NCBI GenBank assembly: GCA_030770535.1
Contig: JASVEC010000001.1
Coordinates: forward strand, 310,001-374,000
DNA from: Batkoa obscura
Taxonomy: Eukaryota
DNA: 64,000 nt
Direction of reading: 5' to 3'
Position numbers and translations under genes: made by a program. This document shows positions 24,337 through 37,574 of this stretch, piece by piece. The notes under the pieces are model-generated. The model did not search any database and had not been told where the DNA came from. It saw only the letters and a program-made list of their open reading frames with translations. Position 1 is the first letter of the stretch; every line of letters begins with the position of its first letter.

Positions 24337-24540
24337 ATTTATATCTTAATAGCTTTAATAAATTTATTTTAAGTGATGATATTTAATTATTTATTAATAT
24401 ATATATAAACAAAGCATCATTAGATTAAAATAACTTATGACCTGTTCAAATGACGTGATACTTTTATAAAGCAAAATTTCAACTAATAATTTTAAAAATG
24501 AAAAAATAATCATTACTTCTTTATCGCTTTATATTTAAAG

Positions 24541-25866
24541 ATGACTATAAAATTAGAACAGTTACCTGATGAATTATTAGTCGATATATTCCAATTAATT
24601 AATCCAATTGAACTATTTCAATATTGTTTTTTAAATAAACATTTCTATCAAACTGTATATAAAGTAATTGATTCCAATTTGAAATTATCAATTTATAACA
24701 ATGATAAATATAAAGCATATTCCAATTTACAACAAGAATATATAAAGTGTAATGGAAAACTAATGAAGCATATAAATATATCAAGTTATAATATAGACTA
24801 TTTAAATTATTGTCCTAATATTGAATCTATTTTTTATTATGTTTGTTATGATGAGAATAATAATAATAAATTAGAAATTGATTTATTAAGGTTAAAGAAA
24901 TTAAGCATTTATACTTTAAATAGAGATTATAATAAAGTTTTTAAACCGATTAGTAAGTATTTAAATCAAATTGAACAATTTGAACTTCAAACAGTCAATA
25001 GCGATATTATAAGTTTTATTAGTTATTTGAATCCGGAGAAGTTAAAGAGTTTTAAATTAAATTTCAGTTATGATATATATATAGATGGATTGGATATAAT
25101 TAAAATGAAATTTAATAAGTTAGAATTATTACACTTAAAAAGTAAAGGAAGTATAATAACCTCTATTGAATTTGATTCCAAACTTAATTTCAATTCGAAT
25201 TTAAATTTAATAATTGAAGGTTATTTTGATAATGATTTTAATATTAATTGTTTTGGTAATTTAAGTAAATTAAATAATATTAAATTAAATGATCTTTCAA
25301 GTTCACTTTTTAAATTAAATAATGAAAACAATATGAATATATTATTAAAGGAAGGTAATAGTATTATTAAATTAGGTTCATTTAATTTTTTAGAAGATTC
25401 AGATAATATTAAGATATTAAAATTAACCAATTTAAAGGAAATTAGTATGAAAAGGTTATCATCCTTATTATTAGATGTAATTAGTAGATTATCAAATATA
25501 CAAATACTTACTTTTGATTCTTTATTTCTCAATATAGATTCTATTATTGCTAATTGTATATTATGTTTAAAAAATAATGAATCTTTTCCAATTCAATGTT
25601 CATTTATCAAACAAATTAACATTAATTCTATTTCCTTTACTCCTTTACAATTTTTTTGTTTTTTATCTTTATTTCCAAACTTGGAAAAAATCCATATTAA
25701 ACAATTTAATTTACTTGAAAATTCCAATATTAATATTAATTGTGAGTTTACTGATCCCTTATTACTTATTCTACCTTATAATGTGCCATTAAGTAAACAG
25801 TTTTATGATTTGATAATAAACATACCCATGTTAAATTGGGTCAAAGTGGAGCAAGGAAGTGAGTAG
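24541..25866 (+). CDS. F-box protein with LRR-like repeats
   Basis: N-terminal LEQLPDELLVDIFQLI (F-box), then LxxLxL repeats (CPNIESI, LKKLSI, FPNLEKIHI). Confidence 0.75.
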   Translation: MTIKLEQLPDELLVDIFQLINPIELFQYCFLNKHFYQTVYKVIDSNLKLSIYNNDKYKAYSNLQQEYIKCNGKLMKHINISSYNIDYLNYCPNIESIFYYVCYDENNNNKLEIDLLRLKKLSIYTLNRDYNKVFKPISKYLNQIEQFELQTVNSDIISFISYLNPEKLKSFKLNFSYDIYIDGLDIIKMKFNKLELLHLKSKGSIITSIEFDSKLNFNSNLNLIIEGYFDNDFNINCFGNLSKLNNIKLNDLSSSLFKLNNENNMNILLKEGNSIIKLGSFNFLEDSDNIKILKLTNLKEISMKRLSSLLLDVISRLSNIQILTFDSLFLNIDSIIANCILCLKNNESFPIQCSFIKQININSISFTPLQFFCFLSLFPNLEKIHIKQFNLLENSNININCEFTDPLLLILPYNVPLSKQFYDLIINIPMLNWVKVEQGSE

Positions 25867-26446
25867 TTAAACAATTAAAGATTTATATTGAATATTTCAC
25901 TTAAGATTGTTAAGCTATTATTTTTTGTACTATCAGACATATTAAAGAGTATATAAATTTAAAGAGTGATAAATAAAAAGAATTAAAGATAAAAGGAAAT
26001 AAACATTGAAAGTAAAATCATTTTAATTATTGAAATAGATTAATTTAACATAACATAATATTATAAAAAAATAAATGAAACATAATAATGTTATTATCTT
26101 AGATTTTTATCATATCAAAAATAATGTTTATATAGGATTAACTCATAATGTCTTCAAGATCTGTATTATCTTTGATAAAAATAAATTTATTTAAATTTAA
26201 TATTAATTTTTTTTCAACTAAAAAATTATACTATTATTTATTCTATTTCTCAAATATCATAGTAAATCTTATCTTTAATAAAGTTCTATATTAGAAAACT
26301 AATTTCTTACATTTTAGAAATTATTTATGATTAAATTCTACAATTGTATTCGAAATTCAAATATACAAATTATTAAAATAAATCTTTTTTTATTACTAAA
26401 CTATCAAATTGGAATCCTTGCCAAGCTTGAAATTAATTAAATATAT

Positions 26447-26545
26447 GAGAATGTTTTTTTTAGTTTCGTCACTTTTTCCATTTTTTAAGCGCTATTTGAG
26501 TGGAAAAATTATTAGTAAAATTCTTAAACAAAAAAATACATGCCC
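26447..26545 (-). mobile_element. ~98-bp MITE
   Basis: Full length, ATAT TSD. Confidence 0.85.
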
Positions 26546-27646
26546 ATATCTCAATAACTATCAATATCTTGAATATAATTAGAGAATAGTTCTTATTTTA
26601 ACAGCAATATTTATTCATTCAAACATCAATATATTTCTACTTTGAAAGTGAAGAAAGTTCTAAAAATGGAAATTATACACTCAATGAACTTGAAGTTCCA
26701 ATTTAATTTGCCTTTCAAAGTTGAAAATTGAAAAATCTAATTGAATTTTTAGAAAATGTACAATCATAATTCTTATTACCAAAAAACATAAGATTTGAAA
26801 CTATTTAACATAAATCCATGGATTTTATGTGAATATCTATTAGTATATTTGAAATAAGACTAATTAAAATGATTCATTACATAGCTATAAAATAGAATAG
26901 ATTAAAAAATGGGTAAAATGTTGCATTTTTTTTTGATTTTTTAACTGTATTTAGTAATATGATTTAGGAGAAATCCAAAATAATAATCTTTTACTCACAA
27001 GATTAATAGCCCAAAATTAAGCCTTTTTATTTTCAATTAAACTTTCTAACGTATAATTCTGTTCATGTTTTTTAGTACATGTTGGTAATCTTAAATTTGA
27101 CTATCTATTCATAGAACTAAAAGGCTAAAAATAACTAATTTTACTATTTAATTTTGTATTTTATTCATTAAAAAGTTATCAAAAGTTATCAAAAGTTATT
27201 ATACTTATGATTTTTATTTTTAAAATGACAGCATTTAATTTGTTAAGATAATCTTAATGGGAACTACTCAATGTTCTGGTAACTTTGAAATTGACAACAA
27301 CTAAATTAAGAAATTTGTGGTGCAAAAATACGGAAAGCTCTCCTTAAAAATGGAAAATTGAGTAACTTTTTATATTGCCCACAGTATAAATAAAAAAATA
27401 AAAAGTTTCAAATCAAATTAAAAACTTCAAACACCCAAAATAACTCATAAATTTATTTCCTTAAATTTTTTAAAAAAAGAACTTTTATATCTTAAAAGAT
27501 TTAATTTATTTTAGTTTCTACTTTCATAATTTTACATTTATATTAATTTCATAATTTTACATATTCATTTAATTCTTATTTAACTACTAGTTTACTTAAA
27601 ACTAAATTTAAAATTGGATCTATAACTTCACTTTATAAATTAGAAG

Positions 27647-30600
27647 ATGAAAAACAGCGAAAAAAAAGAAGATATCAATATAGGTTCAAATGAAGTCAAT
27701 AATAATAGCTTAATTAATTCTGCAGATACGCTTCACTTTGATACCGATTTAATAGATAGGGATGAGCTATCGCCTCAAAGTTTAGAGTTAAGAACCATGC
27801 CCAATGAAAGGGAAACATTTCGACCTCGGCCAAAGAAGCAAGACACTACACCTTCTAGAAAAGTGTCAGGAAGAAGTAGAGCAAGAAGAGATTCGAATGG
27901 GCCAGAAAGTGGAACCAAACTTCGACGATGGGTATCAAGTAATTCTTCTAGGCATCCGAATTTGGTTAGAAAAAAATCGCGTATGATAGATAGGGAACGC
28001 TCTAAAGCCATTGGAGCTTGGACCTTATTTTCTTGGCTTGTAACATGTTGTTTTCCACCCTTTTTATTAAAATGGTGTGGTATGAAAAATCGACAAGTAC
28101 AACAAGCATGGAGAGAAAAAATTAGTTTGGTATTTATTATTGTAGTAATTTCAGGGGCACTTGGTTTCTTGACATTTGCATTAGAAGCTGTTCTTTGTGG
28201 TGATAAAAATACAAATAAGATGGCTTATAAAACATTAACTAAAGATATGGTAAGTATCAATGGGGTTGTTTATGATATCAAAGATTTTGTCCATCCAGAA
28301 GCTTTGGTGGGCAAAACTTTTTATAAAGGTGGTTTTACTTTGGATAATGAAGCAATCAGTGCCGGTACAAAAGATCTTTCTTTTCTATTTCAGACATTAA
28401 CGCGTCAAAATCCTGGTAGTTGTAAAGATATCTTATTTTTTGAAGGTTCAAATAATGATGAACCTCAAAGATATTTTCCATGTCTCCCTGTTGATCCATT
28501 TTCTTCTGCACCAATACAAGGAAGTAATTCGGATGGTTCATGCCATTTTTCAGTTAATTATAAAGAGTCCTTATCAAAGTTAAAAAAGGTTGGAAATATG
28601 TTTTTTACATGGAAAGAAGTAGAAGATAAAAATAATGGATTGGTAGTTTATGGTGGTAACGTTATTGATCTTAATAGATTAAAATGGCTTACAGGTACTG
28701 TTGCAATGTCCAGTTTTGTTGCAGATCTTAGAAAGGAAGATAGGCCATATCTTGGTAAAGATGTTAGTTATTTTTTGCTTAATGAAGATCCAAGCGTTGG
28801 TAAATGTTTAATTGATATTTTAAGAGTTGGTATGATAGATACTAGTACCATTGGATGTTTAACTTCAACTGCGATTCAATACATTATATTAATTGTTATT
28901 CTTGGTGTTGTAATTTCTAAATTTTTTATGGCTATTTTCTTTAGTTGGATTGTAAGTTGGAGATTAGGATCATTAAATGAACGTACTTATCGAGATAAAT
29001 TAAAGAGATATGACCAAATGGAGGCTTGGGCTGAAGATCGTGAGGATGGTAGTGTTACAGAATCAGATACTTCTTTACCTGTAGAGCTTACTACAGATTC
29101 CACACCAATTAATATCACTGGTTCTAGAATAGGTACTGGACAAGTACCCTCAGCGAGAAACTCTTCTAATTACTTATCTACACCTCGAGGAATTGGAATT
29201 CATTCTCATGAAACAGAAATGAAATCAAGAGGAAGCTTCAATTATGACCGCCCACCTACGTTTGTTCCTCCTGGGATTGATTCTGACCTTGGATTTGCAT
29301 TACATTATACTATTTCATTGGTTACTTGTTACTCTGAAGGATTTGTTGGTATAAAGGCTACTCTTGATTCATTAGCAAATACTAATTATCCAAATAATCG
29401 ACAATTATTATTTGTAATTTGTGATGGTCTTATTACTGGTGCGGGAAATGAGAAATCTACACCTGATATTTGTTTATCTTTAATGAAAGATTTTGTTATT
29501 CCTCCAGATATGGTGCAACCTTACTCTTATGTTGCTATAGCTGAAGGCTCTAAACGACACAATATGGCTAAAGTGTATGCTGGTTATTATTATCAAACTA
29601 ATAAAAAGAAAGGGGACGCGAATGAGAAAACAGATAATCCTTCAAAGAATCGAGTTCCTATGGTCTTAATAGTCAAATGTGGTACTCCAGAAGAAGCTAG
29701 TGGCCCCAAACCTGGTAATCGTGGTAAAAGAGATTCTCAAGTAATATTGATGTCCTTTTTACAAAAAGCTATATTTGATGACCGTATGAGTGAGTTAGAA
29801 TATGAACTTTTTAATGGGTTTTGGAATGTTTCTGGAGTTACTCCAGATGTTTATGAAACTGTACTTATGGTAGATGCAGATACTGTGGTTGCTCCCGATT
29901 CTATTACTAGAATGGTGGCTTGTTTTTCAAGAGATCCTAAAGTAATGGGTTTATGTGGTGAAACAAAAATTGCAAACAAATCTCAATCTTGGGTCACAGC
30001 TATTCAAGTGTTTGAATATTATATATCCCATCATCTTTCAAAAGCGTTTGAATCTATTTTTGGTGGTGTTACTTGTCTCCCAGGTTGTTTTTCAATGTAT
30101 CGAATCAAAGCCCCGAAAAGTAACGGAGATTGGGTTCCTGTCCTTTGTAATCCAGAAATTTTACAGCAGTATTCCGAAAATGTAGTCATTTCTTTACATC
30201 AAAAGAATCTTTTATTATTAGGTGAAGATCGTTATTTAACAACTCTCATGTTACGTACATTCCCAAAACGTAAACTTATTTTTGTTCCTCAAGCTATCTG
30301 TAAAACTATTGTCCCTGATTCATTCTTCGTTTTGTTATCTCAACGTCGTCGCTGGATTAACTCCACTGTCCATAACCTATTAGAATTGGTAATAACTAGA
30401 GATTTATGTGGTACCTTTTGTTTTTCAATGCAGTTCATTGTATTTATGGAATTGATTGGTACAATAGTTTTACCTTCTGCCATATGCTTTACCATTTATC
30501 TCTTAGTAAGAGCCTTTTTAGCACCTAATCCACCAACTATCCCATTAGTAATTTTAGCTTTAATTCTTGGTCTTCCTGCCATTTTGATTGTTTTAACTAC

Positions 30601-31309
30601 TCGTCAAATTGGATATATATTTTGGATGCTTATCTATTTATTAGCTTTACCTATTTGGAATTTTATTCTTCCTATTTATTCATTCTGGCATTTTGATGAC
30701 TTCAGTTGGGGTCAAACACGTATGATTGCTGGAGGAGATAAATGTGGACACGGTAGTAACGAAGGAGAGTTTGACTCGAGTAATATTGTTATGAAACGTT
30801 GGGAAGAATTTGAAAGAGAGAAACGTAGAAGAACTGTTGCAGTATTAAGCCAATATGGTACTCAAGTCTCTTTACCATCTACTGTTCGTAATGAGCCTTA
30901 TAAATATGGAAATAGCAGTAAAAATTTATTGAATGTACCTGAAGCTGCCAATTCAAGATATACATTAGACTCTCAAAATAGTAACCATCCTAGTAACTTG
31001 GATAATATGGGTTATATGTCGCCAATAGCTTTAAGGAGAGTTTCTAAAGTAGTTGCTGCTGAAGAAGAAATCAACTCGATTTTAGCCGATAATTATAGCC
31101 CAGGTATGGGTGAACATATAGTTCCTTGTGATCAAAATGGACAGACACCTCTTCCTTGGAGATCTATGGGATCTTTAGGTAACCCTAGAGCAAGCACATC
31201 TGCTTTAAATGTTTCAAGGTTGTCATTAGCTAATAATGGATCCAATCGTGATATTCTACGTCACTCCATTTTTGACCCAACTTACAATGGTAGTACTCCA
31301 AAACATTAA
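27647..31309 (+). CDS. Chitin synthase, class IV (Chs3-like), intronless
   Basis: QAWREK, cytochrome-b5-like region, TCYSEG, KPGNRGKRDSQ, LMVDADT, TCLPGCF, LGEDRYL, QRRRWINST, WHFDDFSWGQTR; no myosin head. Confidence 0.95.
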   Translation: MKNSEKKEDINIGSNEVNNNSLINSADTLHFDTDLIDRDELSPQSLELRTMPNERETFRPRPKKQDTTPSRKVSGRSRARRDSNGPESGTKLRRWVSSNSSRHPNLVRKKSRMIDRERSKAIGAWTLFSWLVTCCFPPFLLKWCGMKNRQVQQAWREKISLVFIIVVISGALGFLTFALEAVLCGDKNTNKMAYKTLTKDMVSINGVVYDIKDFVHPEALVGKTFYKGGFTLDNEAISAGTKDLSFLFQTLTRQNPGSCKDILFFEGSNNDEPQRYFPCLPVDPFSSAPIQGSNSDGSCHFSVNYKESLSKLKKVGNMFFTWKEVEDKNNGLVVYGGNVIDLNRLKWLTGTVAMSSFVADLRKEDRPYLGKDVSYFLLNEDPSVGKCLIDILRVGMIDTSTIGCLTSTAIQYIILIVILGVVISKFFMAIFFSWIVSWRLGSLNERTYRDKLKRYDQMEAWAEDREDGSVTESDTSLPVELTTDSTPINITGSRIGTGQVPSARNSSNYLSTPRGIGIHSHETEMKSRGSFNYDRPPTFVPPGIDSDLGFALHYTISLVTCYSEGFVGIKATLDSLANTNYPNNRQLLFVICDGLITGAGNEKSTPDICLSLMKDFVIPPDMVQPYSYVAIAEGSKRHNMAKVYAGYYYQTNKKKGDANEKTDNPSKNRVPMVLIVKCGTPEEASGPKPGNRGKRDSQVILMSFLQKAIFDDRMSELEYELFNGFWNVSGVTPDVYETVLMVDADTVVAPDSITRMVACFSRDPKVMGLCGETKIANKSQSWVTAIQVFEYYISHHLSKAFESIFGGVTCLPGCFSMYRIKAPKSNGDWVPVLCNPEILQQYSENVVISLHQKNLLLLGEDRYLTTLMLRTFPKRKLIFVPQAICKTIVPDSFFVLLSQRRRWINSTVHNLLELVITRDLCGTFCFSMQFIVFMELIGTIVLPSAICFTIYLLVRAFLAPNPPTIPLVILALILGLPAILIVLTTRQIGYIFWMLIYLLALPIWNFILPIYSFWHFDDFSWGQTRMIAGGDKCGHGSNEGEFDSSNIVMKRWEEFEREKRRRTVAVLSQYGTQVSLPSTVRNEPYKYGNSSKNLLNVPEAANSRYTLDSQNSNHPSNLDNMGYMSPIALRRVSKVVAAEEEINSILADNYSPGMGEHIVPCDQNGQTPLPWRSMGSLGNPRASTSALNVSRLSLANNGSNRDILRHSIFDPTYNGSTPKH

Positions 31310-31707
31310 GAAAGATACATAATTAATAGAACAATTGAATAAATTATCCAGATAGTTCGAATCTTATAAAATATGATAATTAATAAAACTGATTATATAA
31401 TTAATGATACAGATTTAAATAGTTTTAATTTAACTCTAAAACCAAAGCCTCGATTTTTATATTTAAATGAGGCAATTATGACTTAAATTTATTGAGATTA
31501 GAATTTTTAGAATTTGCAAGAGTTATTATTTAAAAAATATGATGCTTATTTTACTATGATTTATAAATTAAATTGGACAATAAAAACAATTTAAGATTAA
31601 GATAAATTAACATCGCTTTTAAAATCAGCTTATAAATAAATCCATGAAATACAAGTATTTAGATATTGATTACATATTACTAATTAATTTTAATAAAATT
31701 TAAAATA

Positions 31708-33310
31708 TTATTGACAAACTATATTTCTATTGAACGAGTCTTTAGGTATGATGTTAGCCCAAGTAAAAAGATTGAATTTTGCTTCAACAATAGTTGACAA
31801 ACCAAGAGGATATCTAGTAGTTGTTTGGTCTTCGTGTGGACAAGCCGCCATTATATCTAAAAAAGTTCTATCCTAAAGGAATATTAATAACTTGTTAAAT
31901 TATCCTAGAATTAGCTTACCTGTTGTGATGATGTATAATAATTTATATCTATCGTATAATTAGTGAAAGCTTCTCCTTGAATTGGGATATAAAGCGGTTT
32001 AACATTCCCGTTTCCTATCTGGTTATTGGTGCCTATATCATACACCTAAACAAAATTAACATCAACTCATAAATACAAACTAAAGATACTACCTTTCCAT
32101 TTAATTCATTTAGCCAAAGTGGATAAAAATTAGGATTATTGATTCTTAGTTCTATCTGTAACTGAGCTTTAAATGTAGATATTGTTTCATTTACTGTAGT
32201 AGTTGGACCAGATACAATTCTAAACTCAGAACTAGGAGAAATGCCAGGAATCCTTACCCATAAAAAGAAAAGAATTAACCCAATAAAGAAACAAGTAGCT
32301 GTAGTAACAATAACACACATTTTACCAGAACAACCACATAAACCAAAGCATGACCTCCTCTTTTCTTTTATTGGGGTTTTAGCATGGCTGGGAACTCTAT
32401 GGCTTGCTGGATCAAAGGTAGTGGATGGTGAAGCAAATTGATTATCTTGATATTTTAGATTAGTAGCATTTACATGATTAGGTAAATTGGCTCTAGTAAC
32501 TAATCTTTGATCGTAAAATTGGGATTCTGGTCTTAAAACATGAGCCGGTGGCCTTGGATCAAACTCTCCATACTCTTCACTATTATTAGCTATAAAAGGC
32601 TTATACTCATTTAAAGATTGATTTGAGTTTGATGAAAATTTATTTGACGTTAATTCTAAATCTTCTCTTTGCCCAGCTGCTCGAACATGGTTTGGAAGAT
32701 TATTTAACTCGACAAAATCGGCTTTATTTGGTGTTGAACACTGACTACTTCTTCGGGATGAATATTTTCCATGGGGTATGTTATAACCATTATTAAAATG
32801 CATAGCTTGCCCATATTGAACATTGTGACTATAGTTGCTCATTCTATTATGTCCATCATAGTGTATATAATCCATGTTATTGGGTGGAGAAGTATACTGA
32901 TTTTTCATGTAATAATGATTACTATAATTACTTTCCGGTCTATAATCATTAAAGTCTTGATTATAATCTCTATAATAAGAAGTTCTTTGTGCGCTACTCA
33001 TTTGGTTATATGGGCTTTGACTGACTTTATTATTTCCAATAAAACTTGGTGACATTCCTCGTTGATAATTGTAATCTGGAGAAAGTACTTTCCTTGGTGA
33101 AGAGTTCATCGAATTTGGATACGAGCTATTGGTATTACTGTTGGTTACATCCCTCACAGAACTATTGCTCAATTGTGGAGTTGATTTTGGATATTGATTT
33201 TTATAAGGGGATGTTTTATTTTTTGGCCCTTTGCTATTTGGTAGTTCTGGTAATCGTTTTGAGCCATTTGCATTAGTTTTTATTTCGCTAGTAATATCGC
33301 CTACATACAT
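31708..33310 (-). CDS. Type II membrane protein with a LEA_2-like lumenal domain (3 exons)
   Basis: Long disordered N-terminus, then KRRSCFGLCGC, a TM ending FFLWVRIP, and LRINNPNFYPL. Two more spliced exons end NRNIVCQ* at 31708. Confidence 0.7.
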
Positions 33311-34219
33311 ATTTGTAGATATTGCTTACAGATAGATATTGAACTTAAAAAAATTATTTTATAATAATGTGAATATAATTAGAATCTGGGGGACTGGAAA
33401 CCAAAGAAACGGTGTTTTAAAAATCATTTTAATAGGTAGTAAATTGGTTCAACCACATTACATGGCTTAATTTAGTAATTCATCGCCAATCCCTTAAAAC
33501 ATGTCCTGCATTTTATTTAACCAATAGAACTTATTCACACTTTTATAACTGTATGCTAATAATAGCTCCAGGCGCACATTTGATTAAAAGGTTAAAACGT
33601 TTCATGGCCTTAAATTGATCCCATTCTATAGTTTAAACTAGCATAACTGTATTTTTATTTATTTGTCACACATCTTTATTTAAACTTATAAAATTTCATC
33701 TTTTCTTAGCTAATACTAGATTTATTAATTTGCTAAAATGATATTAGTATTTGGCAAAGTCAGGTACTATCTATACAATACCAATAATTTGATATTTTAA
33801 CCAAGTAAAAGTTTCAAAATTGATTTAATAATAAACAAATTGTTATTTTTAAACAATAATTTTATCTTGAACTTAAAGCAAACTGCCATATGTTTTTGAA
33901 TAATTTTATCTAAAACTTCTTATGAGTTGACCATCTAATAAAATAGTAGTGTTCTATTAGCTATCTGACAAAAATTATTTAAGAACAAAAATAAAGGCTT
34001 TGATAATATGTTACAAAGTTATAATAAAAATATCTTTATTTAATAAAACGTGTCTTGTATTACTTAAATAACCACATCGTTGAACTTTACCTTTTTATGT
34101 ATTAATTATTATTAGAAAGGCTTAAGGATAAAAAATATGTAACAATAAATGTCAATATTGAAATTTAGTAAAATCTTAAAAGCTGGTAAGGAATAGAGGT
34201 TTTGTATGTAAGAATATAT

Positions 34220-34318
34220 GGGTATGTTTTTTTTGGTTTCATTACTTTTTCCATCTTTTAAGCGCTATTTGAGTGGAAAGATTGTTAGTAAAATTCTTAA
34301 ACAAAAAAATACATCCCT
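34220..34318 (-). mobile_element. ~98-bp MITE
   Basis: Full length, ATAT TSD. Confidence 0.85.
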
Positions 34319-35483
34319 ATATCTTATTAATAAAATCCATCTTTATAATCAACATTGAACTTAATAATTTAATAAATTATGATGTGCTATAAGAACATGC
34401 TGCATATTTAATAAATACAAAAATATATGCTGACACAGGTAAATATTTTTCAATTTTATTTTTAATGTGCTGTTATTTTTGTTATTTTTTAGTTATTCCT
34501 TTTATAAATTAAAGCAGTAGTACCAAGAGTTGATAGTGATAGATTTATGTGGCTAAATACTCTATACTATTTATATAAATTGATTCACGTACCACATATT
34601 GTATATTTAATGAAGATAATAAATAACTATTTAAATTGGATTTATAGAAAAGAGTGAAATTAGCTTATAAAACGCCCAATGGATGGCACATTTTACAACT
34701 AACCCATCAAAGTTTCCTTTACCATCACCCAAACCTTTTTATTGGCTAAGTTCATAGGCATCTGATTTTTTTTTTCAAAATCAAAAGTAAAGATTACTAA
34801 ATGTTTTCATTATCGCTAGATTCAAATGTGATAATGAAACAAAAAATAGATTATTGCACTTTAAACCATAAGTCTGAGATAACCCAATGTTTAAGTGTAT
34901 GTTTTCATATTATCATTGGGAATTTATACATTAACACATACATTAGAGGACGTATAAGATGCGTATCAACATATATACTAGATAATAAAACTAATGTATA
35001 TAATAATGATAAGGCTAATCAACTTATGTGGCTGCATTACGCTTTCAATTTCAAGTTCATAACAACAGAACACGATTTATACATCTAGTTATATTTATAA
35101 TATAACCAAAATATAGCTAAATTATTTCTGAATGTCTTATCATAATAAAATACTTAATGTAGGAGCTGTTGGTGCTAATTATTAATATAATCGTTAAATT
35201 CTTCGAGGTGACATTACCATTGCCAATTGTGAAGGTTTTTAGACGTCTATATAAGAAAAAAAGCAAAGCATAAACTCCGATTTTTACTAGTATGACAAAT
35301 AGGGCCAACATTTATCAACCATGCCTTCTTTTTTGTAAAAAAGGCATTATGTTGTATATGTATATATTTAAATTTCCCCTTATGCCATCATTTCATTTAT
35401 TAAAATATTTAAAGCAATCATTTATAATAAGAATAGTAAAGACTCCACTTTGAAGAAGATTTTAGAATTTAGTTCACTATAGT

Positions 35484-35581
35484 GGGGATATATTTTTTTT
35501 TAAAATTTTACTAACAATCTTTTCGTTCAAATAGCGCTTAAAAACTGTTAGTAAAATTCTTAAACAAAAAAATACATCCCC
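35484..35581. mobile_element. Chimeric MITE made of two identical-type ends (palindromic)
   Basis: ggggatat..aaaattttactaaca...aatagcgcttaaaaa|ctgttagtaaaattcttaaac..atacatcccc; flanks do not match. Confidence 0.75.
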
Positions 35582-37574
35582 ATATTTATTTTTCATCTGT
35601 CATAACTACTACAAAATAAATAAATACAATGATTATTTTTATTAAGTTTTTAGAGATTATTATTTTATATTGTTTGCTTAAATAAGATTCATATTCAAGT
35701 TTTAAGTCTATATAACTTTACCTAACTAATTTTGATTTAGCAAAAAAGGATTATTTTTCCTACCTCTTCCTCTGACTGGTTTCTTGATTCTCTATCTATA
35801 TTATCTAACCCTTCAATTTTAAACTTTCCTTACCTCTAACAACAAACCACTTGGGAGTTTAACCCCTTCAAGATTTTTATAAAAGAAGTACCTTTTGAAT
35901 TTTTATCTCTAGTTTGAAATACTAACACTAAATTAATACTGAATATATGATTATTAAATACGAATCGCTTCATATGAGATACAAACGTTAAAAAGTATAA
36001 AATCTTTCCTATAAATAATAGAACTGAAAGCTATTTAGCTTCCAACATTAAAGCTTAATGAAGTTGATACGTTTATCGCATTTTATTGCTAGATAAATCA
36101 ATATTTTTGAAACTTACTTTTTAAAATGTCAATTAGCTTGTATACACTTGTAAAACTGAGCTACAGAGCAATAAAACAATAGCCCATATTATATAACGTT
36201 TGCCCAATCTTGAATATTTATTTTAAAATTCAGCTGATTTTTTTAATATTTATTTTTAACTTTTTAAATTATTATTGAGGATAAATTGGTTAAAAAGGTA
36301 ATATTAAAAAAAAATGATATCGGCTTTTAGAAAGATTCCGAATAATACCAAATAAAGTAATATGAATTTCGATTTTTTGATCTATGATGTAATTTCATTT
36401 ACCATTACTTAAAAGCGGGGGTTGGTAAAGTGAAATTAAGTTTTGCAGCATTGCAGACGATTCAAGTCTTTTGCGAATTATTCAGCTGTTTATTTAATAA
36501 GAAAATTAAGCTAAAATATTTGAACCAAAATTATCAGGCTTCAGAAATTCGGTTAGACAAATTATTTTACTATAAAAACTACCGCTAGATAGCTCACAAA
36601 CAATTTGAAACAGAATAAAATTGCAATTTATCCATTTTCTACTAATTAACCTATTAAACTATAATATTTACTTTTTATAAAAAGCTGCAAAAAGTAATGT
36701 ACCATACTCTACTTTTAAAAGTTAGAAGATACAAACAGACCATACTATTTTATCAGAACTGCAGTACTTAAATATCTAATATATTATTTTGTAAAGTGCG
36801 TAACATTTCAATTTAAACATAAAGCTATGAACCATATAAAATTTGAATTTTACATGTTAATTTTATAAAATAAGGTAATGTTTATTGCATAACATATCGT
36901 AGAAATTTACATGAATTATAAAATAAATATATTCCTGAAGTTTTATTTCGATAATAATAATTTCATTTCAATAGATAAGGATTATCCTACTTATACTAAA
37001 AGTCATACCAAAAACATATCCAATTATTTCTGTTAGCGTCTTTCTTTATCTTTACGATAAAGCCAATTACTCCATAATTTAATAATGTATTTTTAGAATA
37101 GTTTATAATGTACATTTATTTTTAACTCACAATGTGATCTCTACGATTTTTAAGGTTAAGTGGGTTTATATTTTTTTATTTCATCAAAATCTGTCAAATC
37201 TCCCCCCCTGATAGCTCATATTGTTTGTTGACTTACTTAATTGAACATTTGTATCATTTAATAAAATATTTGATAGATAAAATGCGGATTGTGAACTAAT
37301 GACATGTCATTTCCAAAGGGTTTTTGGGTTTAAAACTTTTTATCTTGATATGATGAAAGTACATAATCTTTTGGTAATATTATAATGGTTTAAGTCTAAT
37401 AATCTCCCCCCTTCATCGTTTTTCCTCTTAACAGGAACTTTACAAAGAAATCAATAATTTTTTGTTTAATCTTTAAGCCGAAAGTAAAATCTATTATAGT
37501 TATTTTACAATATATCATTTTAACATGATTGCTTTATCAACTTCAAAGTGCTGTATTTATAAAGTGTTACACTA

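Noticed and set aside
5195..33276. Short antisense or alternate-frame ORFs overlapping real genes (for example 5244, 10813, 15804, 27775, 32241, 32771)
   Set aside because: They are shadows of the true CDS on the other strand or frame and have no motifs.
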